Positions 8,700 to 18,851 of a stretch of DNA of 64,000 bases are shown here, piece after piece. The notes beneath the pieces are model-generated. The model saw only the letters and a program-made list of their open reading frames with translations. It did not search any database and had not been told where the DNA came from. Both the position numbers and the translations under genes were made by a program. Positions within the stretch are counted from its first letter, which is position 1. Each line of letters opens with the position of its first letter. Source of the DNA: an uncultured Aliarcobacter sp. (GTDB lineage Bacteria > Campylobacterota > Campylobacteria > Campylobacterales > Arcobacteraceae); NCBI GenBank assembly GCA_963677435.1, contig OY781945.1, forward strand, positions 1,856,001 to 1,920,000. The letters run 5' to 3'.

Positions 8700-9437
8700 T
8701 TATTTTAAAACTTTATCAAGAGTATATCTTAAATCTTCATCAAGTTCCATACTTGTTCTCATCCAGTTAAGATAACTTGCGTCTTCTTGTGCTACAACTT
8801 CAATTTCTTTACCTTTATATTTTCCAAATTTGAAAGTTCTTATAAATACAGGAGTTTTTGTTAAATCTACAAGTTTCTCTATTGGATTATAGTCAGGATA
8901 AATTTCTCTACATTTTCCAACAAGTTTTGTTAAAAATAGTTTCATAACAAGTACATCACCAATAGCATCGTGAGCTTTTATAGTGATATTATGTTTAGCG
9001 GCTTCAGCTTCTTCAATTTTATAAAGTTCAAGGGCATATCTTATATACTGAAGTCTGTGGTATGGAAGTTCAGGGAATAGATGTTTTGCACATCTTAAAG
9101 TATCAATTAATTGATATTGGTTTACAAATCCCTCTTTTTTTATCATTCCCATATCAAAAGAGATATTGTGAGCTATTAGATAATTTTCATTTGAGTTTAA
9201 CTCTTCAAGTTTTTTATAAAAGTTTGTTTCAACTGCTTTTGGTTTTCCTACTAATAAATCAGGAGTAATATTGTGAACTTCCATAGCTTCAAGTTTTATA
9301 TCAACATCACTTGAACATAATTCATCAAAAGCTTCAACTTTTCCTTTCTGATCAACAATCATTGCTCCAAATTGGATAACTTTATCTTCTTCTTGATTTC
9401 CAGTAGTTTCTGTATCAAATAGTACATAATATGCCAT
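8700..9437 (-). CDS. DEDDh 3'-5' exonuclease (ExoX-like)
   Basis: DTETTG, AHNISFD, AHDAIGDV, and C-terminal FKFGKYKGK. Confidence 0.88.
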   Translation of the reverse strand: MAYYVLFDTETTGNQEEDKVIQFGAMIVDQKGKVEAFDELCSSDVDIKLEAMEVHNITPDLLVGKPKAVETNFYKKLEELNSNENYLIAHNISFDMGMIKKEGFVNQYQLIDTLRCAKHLFPELPYHRLQYIRYALELYKIEEAEAAKHNITIKAHDAIGDVLVMKLFLTKLVGKCREIYPDYNPIEKLVDLTKTPVFIRTFKFGKYKGKEIEVVAQEDASYLNWMRTSMELDEDLRYTLDKVLK

Positions 9438-9449
9438 TTTTTTCCTTTT

Positions 9450-10472
9450 TTATATAATCAACATACCATCACCATAAGAGTAAAATCTGTAATTCTCTTT
9501 TATGGCTTCATGGTAAATATCAAGTGTTTTTTCTAATCCTACAAATGATGCAACAAGCATAATAAGTGTAGATTTTGGTAAGTGAAAGTTTGTTAGTAAA
9601 TAATCAACTTTTATTGGTTGATTTGCTGGATTTAAAAATAAATCACATTCACCTTGGATTTTATTTGTTCTTGCATAGTATTCAACAGTTCTAGTAACCG
9701 TAGTTCCAACAGCTAAAACTTTGCTAGCATTATCTAAAGCTTTTTTAGCTTCGATGCCAATTTCAAAATATTCACTATGCATTGGATGATTTAAAATATC
9801 ATCAACATCAACTGGTTTAAAAGTTCCAGCTCCAACATGAAGGGTCAGATAATTTACGCTATATTTTTCATTTATTTTTTCTAAAAGTTCAGGTGTAAAA
9901 TGAAGTGATGCCGTGGGAGCTGCAACTGCACCATAATTTTTAGCAAACAAAGTTTGATAATCTTGTTCATCTTTTTTATCATCACTTCTATTCATATATG
10001 GAGGAAGTGGTAAATGACCAATTTTATTTAAAATATCAACAAGCTCTAAAAAATCCAGTTTTTTATCATTTTGGAAAAATTGTACAACACGACTTCCATC
10101 TTCATTTACTTCTAAAACTTCAGCATTTAGGTTTTCATCGAAGAATAGTTTTGTTCCAATTCTTACTTTTCCACCTATCATTACTAAGTATCTATCCATA
10201 AATAGAGGTTTATTTAGAAGTAATTCTATTTTTCCACCTGTTTCTTTTGTTCCAAAAATTCTAGCTTTTATAACTTTTGTATCATTTAGAAAAACAGATA
10301 ATTCATTTGGTAAAAAATCCATTAGATTTTTAAAAGTTGTGTGAGTTATTGAGTTTGTGGCTCTATTGTAAACTAAAAGCCTAGCAGAGTCTGCTGGGCT
10401 TACTGGATGAGTTGCTATTAACTCTTTTGGTAAATTATAATCATAACTTAAAGTTTTTAGTGGGTCTAACAA
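9450..10472 (-). CDS. queA: tRNA preQ1(34) SAM ribosyltransferase-isomerase
   Basis: GAVAAPTASLHF, TLHVGAGTF, TNFHLPKSTL, YRFYSYGDGMLI. Confidence 0.97.
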   Translation of the reverse strand: MLDPLKTLSYDYNLPKELIATHPVSPADSARLLVYNRATNSITHTTFKNLMDFLPNELSVFLNDTKVIKARIFGTKETGGKIELLLNKPLFMDRYLVMIGGKVRIGTKLFFDENLNAEVLEVNEDGSRVVQFFQNDKKLDFLELVDILNKIGHLPLPPYMNRSDDKKDEQDYQTLFAKNYGAVAAPTASLHFTPELLEKINEKYSVNYLTLHVGAGTFKPVDVDDILNHPMHSEYFEIGIEAKKALDNASKVLAVGTTVTRTVEYYARTNKIQGECDLFLNPANQPIKVDYLLTNFHLPKSTLIMLVASFVGLEKTLDIYHEAIKENYRFYSYGDGMLII

Positions 10473-10474
10473 TT

Positions 10475-11206
10475 CTACTCTTCCTCGTCTTCTTCTTTTG
10501 CAGCTGGATTAAACACTTTTGCCACATAAATAGAAATTCCATAAAGTAAAATTAATGGTCCAGCCATTAAAAATTGTGTTAAAACATCAGGTGGAGTTAA
10601 TAATGCAGCCACAATAAAAATAATTACAACAGCATATCTAAAGAAATCTTTTAGCATTTTATCGTCAACAAGACCTATTTTTGCAAGGAAAAAAGTAATA
10701 ACAGGTAATTCAAATGCAATTCCAAAACCAACTAATAATTTTGTAAAAAAGCCTACATATTTACCAATACTTGGTAATACTGTTACAACTGCTGAACCGA
10801 AATTTACAAGAAATTCAAAACCAAATGGAACAACAACATAATAAGCAAATGAAGCTCCAATTAAAAACATTAATGTAGCAAAAAATACAAAAGGAACTAC
10901 AAGTTTTTTTTCATGGTCATAAAGTCCCGGAGCTAAAAATAGCCATAATTGCCAAAATATCACAGGTAAGGATACAACAAAACCTGCAAAAAATGCAACT
11001 TTTAATGCTGTAAAAAATGTCTCTTGAATTTCAACTGCAACCATTTGAGAGTTTTTAGGTAAAACAGCTTCAATTGGAACCATCATCCAATTTAAAATAG
11101 GTTCATAAAAAGTAAAACAAACAAAAAACATAGCAACAACAGTAAGTGTTGATATTACTAATCTTTTTCTAAGATCCGCAATATGGGGTTTTAAATCTTC
11201 AAACAT
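10475..11206 (-). CDS. tatC: Twin-arginine translocase subunit TatC
   Basis: HIADLRKRL, FLAPGLY, FGIAFELP, LTPPD. Confidence 0.96.
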   Translation of the reverse strand: MFEDLKPHIADLRKRLVISTLTVVAMFFVCFTFYEPILNWMMVPIEAVLPKNSQMVAVEIQETFFTALKVAFFAGFVVSLPVIFWQLWLFLAPGLYDHEKKLVVPFVFFATLMFLIGASFAYYVVVPFGFEFLVNFGSAVVTVLPSIGKYVGFFTKLLVGFGIAFELPVITFFLAKIGLVDDKMLKDFFRYAVVIIFIVAALLTPPDVLTQFLMAGPLILLYGISIYVAKVFNPAAKEEDEEE

Positions 11207-11619
11207 TAAACATTATCCTCTTTTTTTTCATCTAATTTAACTTTAAATTTATCCTCTTTTTTAAAAGAAACTTTCTCTTTTGGTGCTTCTTCTTCAACTT
11301 TTTCAATTTTCTTTTCTTTAGAAGAAGTTGTATTTAAATCATCATTTATAATATCTTTTAAACCTAAATCTATTTTTGTATCCATTGATAAAGAACTTTT
11401 TGTCTCTTCAATTTGAGATTTAAATTTACTAGCTTCTGCTTTCATTTCAGAAATATTAAGTTCATTGTCTAAAGTTGATTTTGCATCTGCAAGACCATTT
11501 TTAAATTTGTTAATAAATTTAGCGATTTGTACCATTGTACCGGGTAGTTTTTCAGGCCCCAAAGCGATAACTGCTATAATTGCAATCAATAAAATTTCCG
11601 TAAAACCCATTCCAAACAT
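11206..11619 (-). CDS. tatB: Twin-arginine translocase subunit TatB
   Basis: MFGMGFTEILLIAIIAVIALGPEKLP; directly upstream of tatC. Confidence 0.93.
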   Translation of the reverse strand: MFGMGFTEILLIAIIAVIALGPEKLPGTMVQIAKFINKFKNGLADAKSTLDNELNISEMKAEASKFKSQIEETKSSLSMDTKIDLGLKDIINDDLNTTSSKEKKIEKVEEEAPKEKVSFKKEDKFKVKLDEKKEDNV

Positions 11620-11787
11620 TTATAACTCCAGTATGTAATTAAAGATGCAAATTTTAGCTAATTAGATTAGAAATACTACTTAAAAGGAATTTCATTGGAA
11701 TTTTAAATATTTTAATAAATAATGAAACTCTTAATTTTAAATTTGATAGAATCCCATAAAATTGAAACTAGTATCAAAAGGTTAAAT

Positions 11788-12543
11788 ATGGAATTAATAG
11801 TTTTAGCAGTAATTGTTATAATTTTGTTCATAATTGGGAAAAATTATAAAACAGAAGAGTTTGTAAATATAAATTTAAAAAGAAAAGATAGATTTGATGG
11901 GAATTTATTAAACCATGAAGCAGGGCTTTTAGTAGCACTTATGGCAAAAGTTTCTAAAGCAGATGGGAAAGTTAGTGAACTTGAAGCAGAAGTTTTAAAA
12001 CATACTTTTACTGATATTTCAAGTCATTTTGAAAATCATGAGGAAATTAGAGAAAAACTTAAAACTATTTATGAAAATGAAAAAGAGAATTTTAACAATT
12101 TAATAGATATTTCAAATAAATTATATGGTTTAACAAGTAATGATTATGCTAAACGTCTTAAAGTTATGGAATATTTACTAAATTTAGCCTTTATTGATAA
12201 AGAGTTTTCAAATTCTGAGAGAATGATTACAGAAGATATTTCAAATGCCTTAAAAATTAAAATAGAAGATTTTAATAATTTAATCAAAACATTTGAGTCT
12301 TTTTATGCTCAACAAGCTTCAAACAAAGCAATAACTTTAGAAAAAGCTTATGAAATTTTAGAATCAAATCCATCAGACGATGCTACAACTTTAAAGAAAA
12401 ATTATAGAACTTTAGTAAAAAAACATCATCCAGATATTATCTCAGGGCAGGGCGCAACTCAAAATATTATTGATGAAGCAACAAAAAAACTTCAAGAAAT
12501 AAATGAAGCGTATGAGTTAATAAAAAAGGAAAAAGGTTTATAA
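11788..12543 (+). CDS. DjlA-like co-chaperone (TM + TerB + J domain)
   Basis: AKVSKADGKVSELE (TerB-like) and KKHHPD J-domain motif. Likely start at 11788 after AAAAGG. Confidence 0.85.
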   Translation: MELIVLAVIVIILFIIGKNYKTEEFVNINLKRKDRFDGNLLNHEAGLLVALMAKVSKADGKVSELEAEVLKHTFTDISSHFENHEEIREKLKTIYENEKENFNNLIDISNKLYGLTSNDYAKRLKVMEYLLNLAFIDKEFSNSERMITEDISNALKIKIEDFNNLIKTFESFYAQQASNKAITLEKAYEILESNPSDDATTLKKNYRTLVKKHHPDIISGQGATQNIIDEATKKLQEINEAYELIKKEKGL

Positions 12544-12545
12544 AA

Positions 12546-12773
12546 TTGCTAAATTTCGAGGAAAATTATGAAGTATGTAATTGTAAAAAAGTTACAATAC
12601 GAGATATTACAAATGCGATAATAAATCAAAAAGCTTCAACACTTAGGGAAATTCAAGACTTAACAACAGCTGGGACTGAATGTAGGCATTGTATTTTTCC
12701 AGAATGTGATTTTGGTAAAATAAAGAAAAAGATTTATTGTAAAGATATTTTAAATGAAGTAAAGAAGGATTAA
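12546..12773 (+). CDS. BFD-like [2Fe-2S]-binding protein
   Basis: VCNCKKVT...TTAGTECRHC. Confidence 0.8.
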   Translation: MLNFEENYEVCNCKKVTIRDITNAIINQKASTLREIQDLTTAGTECRHCIFPECDFGKIKKKIYCKDILNEVKKD

Positions 12774-12774
12774 A

Positions 12775-13011
12775 ATGGCTAGAAATTTTCCACACTCTTT
12801 TGAAGTTTGTACATGTAAACATGTAACTTTGGGTGAAATAATTTATGCTATAAAAGAAAAAGGTGCAAAAACTCTTGAGAACTTAGCTCATTTAACAGAT
12901 GCTGGAACTTGTTGTAAATCTTGTAAAAATCCTCAAAGTGATATTGGAGTTGAAAAAATGGAACTATATTTAGAAGAGATATTAGAAAAATTTAATAAAG
13001 AACAAAAATGA
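12775..13011 (+). CDS. BFD-like [2Fe-2S]-binding protein
   Basis: VCTCKHVT...TDAGTCCKSC. Confidence 0.82.
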   Translation: MARNFPHSFEVCTCKHVTLGEIIYAIKEKGAKTLENLAHLTDAGTCCKSCKNPQSDIGVEKMELYLEEILEKFNKEQK

Positions 13012-13220
13012 AACAAGAAATAATAGAAAACATAAAAGAACTTATAAAAATAAATCCCGAAGAGACAATAGAAATAAATCCAAATTATCTAGAATATTTT
13101 GATGAAGAAGAATTACTTGAAATTCAAAAACAATTAGAATTTAAAAAACAAAATATTACAAAAATTACTAGTACTTATTTGGACGAGATTTATGAAAAAA
13201 CAAAAAAAGATGAGATATAA
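13008..13220 (+). CDS. Hypothetical small acidic protein
   Basis: Start overlaps the upstream stop (ATGA); sits within the operon. Confidence 0.65.
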   Translation: MKQEIIENIKELIKINPEETIEINPNYLEYFDEEELLEIQKQLEFKKQNITKITSTYLDEIYEKTKKDEI

Positions 13221-13241
13221 TTACTTAATAAAGGATTAAAA

Positions 13242-14003
13242 GTGACAGAATGGAAAAAAATTAAGGAAGATTTAATTTCGTTTTTAAAAACTGAAGTTGA
13301 AAAAACTGGTCTAAATAAAGTTACAGTTGGATTATCAGGTGGATTAGATTCAGCTGTTGTTGCGATATTATGTAAAGAAGCTTTTGGAGACAATTTAAAT
13401 TGTGTGTTAATGCCTTCTCAATTCTCTTCAAAAAGTTCAACTGAACATGCAATTGAAGTTTGTGAAAAGTTTAATATTAAATATGAAATCATCTCAATTG
13501 AGCCAATGGTTAGTGGTTTTATAAAAAATATGGATGATGATAAACTTAGAATTGGAAATTTTTCTGCAAGAATGAGAATGTCTGTTTTATATGATGTATC
13601 TTCAAGAGAAAAATCATTAGTTGTTGGAACTTCAAATAGAAGTGAGTTACTTTTAGGTTATGGAACAATTTTTGGTGATATTGCATGTGCAATTAATCCA
13701 ATAGGTGAAATCTACAAAAGTGATGAATTCGAATTTGCAAGACTTTTAGGTGTTCCAGAATCTATTTTAAATAAAGCTCCAAGTGCTGATTTATGGGAAG
13801 GTCAAAGTGATGAAGAAGAACTTGGATACTCTTATAAACATATGGATGAAGTTTTAAAAGTAATGGTTGATCAAAATAAATCAAAAGAAGAATTAATAAA
13901 ATTAGGTTTTGAAGAAGATTTAATTAATAGATTAGAATATAGAATAAAAGCAAATGCTTTTAAAGGTAAATTACCAACAATAGCAAAAATAAGGTGGAAC
14001 TAG
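13242..14003 (+). CDS. nadE: NH3-dependent NAD+ synthetase
   Basis: GLSGGLDSAVV, GNFSARMRM, KAPSADLWEGQSDE. Confidence 0.96.
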   Translation: MTEWKKIKEDLISFLKTEVEKTGLNKVTVGLSGGLDSAVVAILCKEAFGDNLNCVLMPSQFSSKSSTEHAIEVCEKFNIKYEIISIEPMVSGFIKNMDDDKLRIGNFSARMRMSVLYDVSSREKSLVVGTSNRSELLLGYGTIFGDIACAINPIGEIYKSDEFEFARLLGVPESILNKAPSADLWEGQSDEEELGYSYKHMDEVLKVMVDQNKSKEELIKLGFEEDLINRLEYRIKANAFKGKLPTIAKIRWN

Positions 14004-14006
14004 CTT

Positions 14007-15146
14007 ATGGCTAAAAATATTGCAATATACAAAGCATCTATAGATAATGAAGAATTAAATCAAATTAGATCAGTTTTAGAATCAAAGAATGATTTATCAA
14101 AAGTGATAGAGTTTGAAGAGAGTATGAAAAAATTTATTGGTGCAAAATATGCAATAGCAACAGCAACTTCGACAGCTGCTATTCATTTAGCATTGAGCGC
14201 TATAAAATTAAAAAGAGGTGATAAGATTTTAATGTCTGTTAACTCTTTTGTAAATTTACCTGAAGTTGTAAGACATTTTGATGCTGAGCCAATTTTTATT
14301 GATATTAATATGGAAGATATGAACATTGATGTTGATAAATTTGAAGAAGCACTAGCTGCTAATGATTCTAAAAAGTTAAGAGGTGCAATAATTACATTTA
14401 TAGGTGGTCAAGCTCCTGATTTAGATAGAATTTATGACATTGTAGAAAAATACGGAATTATCTTAATTGAAGATTGTAGAGCCTCTTTAGGTGCAACTTA
14501 TAAAGGCAAAAAGATTGGAAATTTAAGAGCAGATATGACTGTATTTTCAACAAATCATTCACCATCAAAATATGCTATTAGCCGTTCAGGAGTAATTGTT
14601 ACAAATAACGAAGAAATAGCAAATCGTGCAAAACTTTTAAGAACACATGCCCTTACAACAGCATATGATAGTTATGGAAACTTAGATTATGTATATGATG
14701 TTGTTGATATTGGACACAAATATGATTTATCTGAACTTGATGCTGCTTATTCTCTAGCTCAATTAAATAAAATAGATAAATTTATCAAAAGAAGAAAAGA
14801 AATTGCAAAATATTATGAAACAAAATTATCAAATGTAAAACATATAACAATTTTACAACACAAAGATGAGCACATTTTCACACAATTTATTATAAAAGTT
14901 TCAAGAAATAGGGATGCATTTGCAAGAGCTTTAAAAGAAAGAGGAGTATCAACTGGACTTAACTATATTCCTTTACATCTTCTATCTTATTACAAAACAA
15001 AATATTCGATAAAAATTACTGCATTTCCAAATGCTTTAAATAATTATCAACAAATTTTATCACTTCCTATATATGCAGGACTTAGTGATGAGGATGTAAA
15101 TTATGTTTGTGATCAAGTTATTGATGTCGCATCACAATGGGTTTGA
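14007..15146 (+). CDS. DegT/DnrJ/EryC1/StrS family aminotransferase-like protein
   Basis: TAAIHLAL, GDKILMS, IEDC and ILSLPIY. The PLP-lysine region is divergent (FSTNHSPSK). Confidence 0.85.
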   Translation: MAKNIAIYKASIDNEELNQIRSVLESKNDLSKVIEFEESMKKFIGAKYAIATATSTAAIHLALSAIKLKRGDKILMSVNSFVNLPEVVRHFDAEPIFIDINMEDMNIDVDKFEEALAANDSKKLRGAIITFIGGQAPDLDRIYDIVEKYGIILIEDCRASLGATYKGKKIGNLRADMTVFSTNHSPSKYAISRSGVIVTNNEEIANRAKLLRTHALTTAYDSYGNLDYVYDVVDIGHKYDLSELDAAYSLAQLNKIDKFIKRRKEIAKYYETKLSNVKHITILQHKDEHIFTQFIIKVSRNRDAFARALKERGVSTGLNYIPLHLLSYYKTKYSIKITAFPNALNNYQQILSLPIYAGLSDEDVNYVCDQVIDVASQWV

Positions 15147-15152
15147 TTTAAT

Positions 15153-16112
15153 TTGAAACAAAAATTACATTTATGGATAGAAGATTACCTCTTCTTTCCA
15201 AATACGCTTCAAAAAATAATCTCTTTTTTACTTCTCCCTTTAACTTTTATTTATATGTTAATTATCTTAACTAAAAGAGCAATGGCAAAACCAATTGAAT
15301 TTGGAATTCCAGTTATTTCAGTTGGAAACATTATTGTTGGAGGAAGTGGAAAAACTCCAATCACTATAAAACTAGCTTCAAAATATGAAAATGCTTGTGT
15401 GATTCTAAGAGGTTATGGAAGAACTTCAAAAGGTTTATATGTAGTTTCTTTAAATGGCAAAATTTTAGAAGATGTAAAAACAAGTGGAGATGAAGCTATG
15501 CTTTTAGCAAATTCTTTGCCAAAAGCTACAGTTATTGTAAGTGAAAATAGAATAAAAGCTATATTAAAAGCAAAAGAACTTAGATGTAAAGTTATATTTT
15601 TAGATGATGGTTTTTCAAAATATCAAATTGATAAATTTAATATTCTTTTACGACCAAAAGATGAACCTACAAATATTTTTTGCCTGCCAAGTGGTGGATA
15701 TAGAGAACCAAAAGGTTTTTATGCTCAAGCTGATATTGAACTACTTGAGGGAAGTGATTTTAAAAGAGTTATTACTATCAAAAAAGATGGAATTATTAGC
15801 GAACTTCCTGCTAAAACTTTACTAATTACAGCTATTTCTAAACCAAAAAGATTATTAGAGTTTTTACCAAAAAATATAAAAATGATTAGTTTTCCTGATC
15901 ATTATGATTTTACACTAGTAGATATTAGTAAAATTCAAGAAGAGTATAAAGATTATTCTTTTCTAACAACTGGAAAAGATTTTGTAAAATTAGAAAAGTT
16001 TAATCTAAAGAATCTGTATTTAATGGATTTAGAGATAAAAATTGATGAAAAAGTAAATTTTTCTTTAATGGATGAATACATAGAAAGTTTTAAAAAAGGA
16101 GTCGAAAAATGA
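15153..16112 (+). CDS. lpxK: Tetraacyldisaccharide 4'-kinase
   Basis: ISVGNIIVGGSGKTP, LRGYGR, GDEA, LDDGF, FPDH, TTGKD. Confidence 0.95.
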   Translation: MKQKLHLWIEDYLFFPNTLQKIISFLLLPLTFIYMLIILTKRAMAKPIEFGIPVISVGNIIVGGSGKTPITIKLASKYENACVILRGYGRTSKGLYVVSLNGKILEDVKTSGDEAMLLANSLPKATVIVSENRIKAILKAKELRCKVIFLDDGFSKYQIDKFNILLRPKDEPTNIFCLPSGGYREPKGFYAQADIELLEGSDFKRVITIKKDGIISELPAKTLLITAISKPKRLLEFLPKNIKMISFPDHYDFTLVDISKIQEEYKDYSFLTTGKDFVKLEKFNLKNLYLMDLEIKIDEKVNFSLMDEYIESFKKGVEK

Positions 16113-16309
16113 TGGGTATTATGATGTCATCTTTTGTAATGGTATTTGTAGTTTTTACTTTTGTTTTGTATATCTATATTTTAATAGATATTTTAAAACA
16201 TGAATTTACAGGTTATAATAAAATTATTTGGATTCTTGTTCTTATATTTTTTCCAGTTCTAGGTGCACTTTTGTATTTAGTTTTTGGAAGGTCTCAAAGG
16301 ATAAAGTAG
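16109..16309 (+). CDS. Small membrane protein with PLDc N-terminal domain
   Basis: KIIWILVLIFFPVLGALLYLVFGR. Confidence 0.8.
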   Translation: MMGIMMSSFVMVFVVFTFVLYIYILIDILKHEFTGYNKIIWILVLIFFPVLGALLYLVFGRSQRIK

Positions 16310-16327
16310 CATTTATAGCTACTTTAT
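16301..16327. terminator. Bidirectional hairpin between convergent genes
   Basis: ATAAAGTAGC-N7-GCTACTTTAT. Confidence 0.6.
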
Positions 16328-16329
16328 AT

Positions 16330-17697
16330 TTAGATAGTTTTAGAAAATCTTCTTTTATCTTCAGGGATTTTATTTAAATATGCATCAAAAGGCATACAAA
16401 TATTTCTAATAAGCATACTTCCCGTTTGTGAGACTTTTATCTTTTCATCACTAGCTTCTATTAGTTCTGCTTCTTGGAACTCTTTAAGAGCTTCTAAGGC
16501 ATCTGCAAAGTACTCTTTGAAGTTTATTTTAAACTCTTTTTCAACTCTTGTGATATTTAAAGAGAAATTACTCATTAATTCCATTATTACAAATTGTCTT
16601 AATTGGTCATCATCAGATAGTCTATAACCTTTAAATACTGGTAAATTTCCATTATCTAAAGCATTTTCCCAAGGTTCTAACTCTTTGAAGTTTTGTGCAT
16701 AATAATCAACACCATTTCCAATTGAAGTAAGACCAATTCCAATTAAATCAGCTCCACCTTTTGTTGTATAACCTTGGAAATTTCTATGTAATTCACCTTT
16801 CTCAATCGCTTTGAATAATTCATCTTCTGGTTTTGCAAAGTGATCCATTCCAACCATTTTATAACCATTTGCTGTAAAGAAATCAATTGTATCTTTTAAC
16901 ATTTCAAGTTTTTCTTGGGGTGCTGGAAAAGTTGATTCATCAAATTTTCTCATAGTTTTCATAAGCCAAGGAACATGAGCATAATTAAATACAGCAAATC
17001 TATCTGTATCTAATGTAAGCATTTTTTCTAAAGTTTTTTTAAAACTCTCTCTTGTTTGATGTGGCAAACCATAAATTAAATCTGTATTAACTGAGTGAAT
17101 TCCTGCATCTCTTGCAATATTTATTACATTTTGAGTTAATTCAAATGGCTGAATTCTATGAATTGTTTTTTGAACAGTTTCATCTAAATCTTGAACTCCA
17201 AAACTTAAACGATTACAACCACCTTTTTTAAGAACATTCATATGTTCAACTGTAAAATATCTAGGATCCACTTCACATGAAACTTCTGCATCACTAGCAA
17301 AATTTGGAAAAATCTCTTTTACAGCATCAATAACAACTTCAAGTTGCTCAGGAGAAAAATATGTTGGAGTTCCTCCACCAAAATGCATTTGAGTTACAAC
17401 TCTATTAGTATTCAAATGATTTTTTAGAATATTTAACTCTTTTTTTAAATATTCAATATATCTAACTTTTTTATCTTCTTTTGAAGTAAAGATTGTGTTA
17501 CATCCACAAAAATAACAAGCACTTCTACAAAATGGCATATGAATATAAAGTGATAATGCTCTATCATCACTTTGACTTTTGTAATACTCTTTTAAATCTT
17601 CTTGGGTAAATGTTTCACTAAATTCAGGAGCAGTTGGATAAGAAGTATATCTCGGACCTGGTCGTGAATACTTCTCGAATTTTTTAAAATCTATCAT
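16330..17697 (-). CDS. hemN: Oxygen-independent coproporphyrinogen III oxidase
   Basis: GPRYTSYPTA, CRSACYFCGC, HFGGGTP, GMDHFA, HRNFQGY. Confidence 0.97.
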   Translation of the reverse strand: MIDFKKFEKYSRPGPRYTSYPTAPEFSETFTQEDLKEYYKSQSDDRALSLYIHMPFCRSACYFCGCNTIFTSKEDKKVRYIEYLKKELNILKNHLNTNRVVTQMHFGGGTPTYFSPEQLEVVIDAVKEIFPNFASDAEVSCEVDPRYFTVEHMNVLKKGGCNRLSFGVQDLDETVQKTIHRIQPFELTQNVINIARDAGIHSVNTDLIYGLPHQTRESFKKTLEKMLTLDTDRFAVFNYAHVPWLMKTMRKFDESTFPAPQEKLEMLKDTIDFFTANGYKMVGMDHFAKPEDELFKAIEKGELHRNFQGYTTKGGADLIGIGLTSIGNGVDYYAQNFKELEPWENALDNGNLPVFKGYRLSDDDQLRQFVIMELMSNFSLNITRVEKEFKINFKEYFADALEALKEFQEAELIEASDEKIKVSQTGSMLIRNICMPFDAYLNKIPEDKRRFSKTI

Positions 17698-18627
17698 TTA
17701 TGCTTCATCTCTTTTTCTATCAAGCCAAACCATAACACCTTTTTGAGCGTGAAGTCTATTTTCAGCTTCTTCAAAAATTAAACTTTGTTTGCTTTCCATA
17801 ACTTCTTCACTTACTTCATAACCTCTATATGCAGGTAAACAATGTAAGAAAATTGCTTTATCTTGAGCTAATTTCATCATATCACCATCAACCATATATC
17901 CTGCAAAATCTTTTACTCTTTTCTCTTTTTCAGACTCTTGTCCCATAGAAACCCAAGTATCAGTTGTTACTACAGTTGCACCTTTTACAGCCTCTTTAGG
18001 GTCATTTGTTATTATGATTTTTGCACCACTTAATTTTGCCATTTCAAGGGCATTTGCTAAAATAGTTGCATCAACTTCATAACCTTTTGGAGTTGCAATT
18101 CTAAGTTCAAAACCTAATTTTGCAGCTAAATTAAGCCATGAATGAGCCATATTATTTCCATCACCAACATAAGCAGCAACTAAATCTTCAGTTAGTCCTG
18201 CTTCTTGAATAGTCATATAATCAGCCATAAGTTGTACTGGATGATATTCTGTTGTTAAACCATTTATTACAGGAACTTTTGAATATTTTGCAAATTCTTC
18301 AATTTTACTATGTTCAAAAGTTCTAATCATCACCATATCTACCATTCTAGAAATTACTCTTGAAGTATCACTCATTGGCTCACCTCGACCTAGTTGAATA
18401 TCATTTGATGAAAGAAATAAACCAATACCACCTAACTGATAAATACCTGTTTCAAAAGATACTCTTGTTCGTGTAGAGCTTTTTTCAAAAATCATTCCTA
18501 ATGTTTTTTTAGGCATGTAATCTTTAAAGACTCTAGCTTTAGTTTCATCTTTGATTTGTTTAGCAAGTGTTAATATTTCTAAAATCTCATCTTTAGAATA
18601 ATCAGCTAATGTTAAGAAATGTCTCAT
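17698..18627 (-). CDS. argF: Ornithine carbamoyltransferase
   Basis: [26 protein letters not shown]. Real start is probably MRHFL at 18627 (AGAGG RBS). Confidence 0.96.
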   Translation of the reverse strand: MRHFLTLADYSKDEILEILTLAKQIKDETKARVFKDYMPKKTLGMIFEKSSTRTRVSFETGIYQLGGIGLFLSSNDIQLGRGEPMSDTSRVISRMVDMVMIRTFEHSKIEEFAKYSKVPVINGLTTEYHPVQLMADYMTIQEAGLTEDLVAAYVGDGNNMAHSWLNLAAKLGFELRIATPKGYEVDATILANALEMAKLSGAKIIITNDPKEAVKGATVVTTDTWVSMGQESEKEKRVKDFAGYMVDGDMMKLAQDKAIFLHCLPAYRGYEVSEEVMESKQSLIFEEAENRLHAQKGVMVWLDRKRDEA

Positions 18628-18764
18628 TTTATTTCCTCTGTAATTAATAAAAACGAACATTCTATTTAATTTAACTTTAGAACTACTTAAAAGTAATAGT
18701 TTTATAATAAAAAAACTTCTCTTTTTTCTAATAAATTTATCTATTATATTTATAACAAGTCCCA

Positions 18765-18785
18765 TTTTATGACACTTTTGTGACA
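18765..18785. promoter_or_regulatory. 11-bp-period direct repeat upstream of nrdD (candidate response-regulator box)
   Basis: TTTTATGACA-C-TTTTGTGACA, upstream of a TACAAT -10 at 18819-18824. Confidence 0.5.
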
Positions 18786-18851
18786 AAAATACTCATTACT
18801 TATTAAGAAAATCTCCCATACAATTACAAAATGTTTAAAAAGGAAATATCA

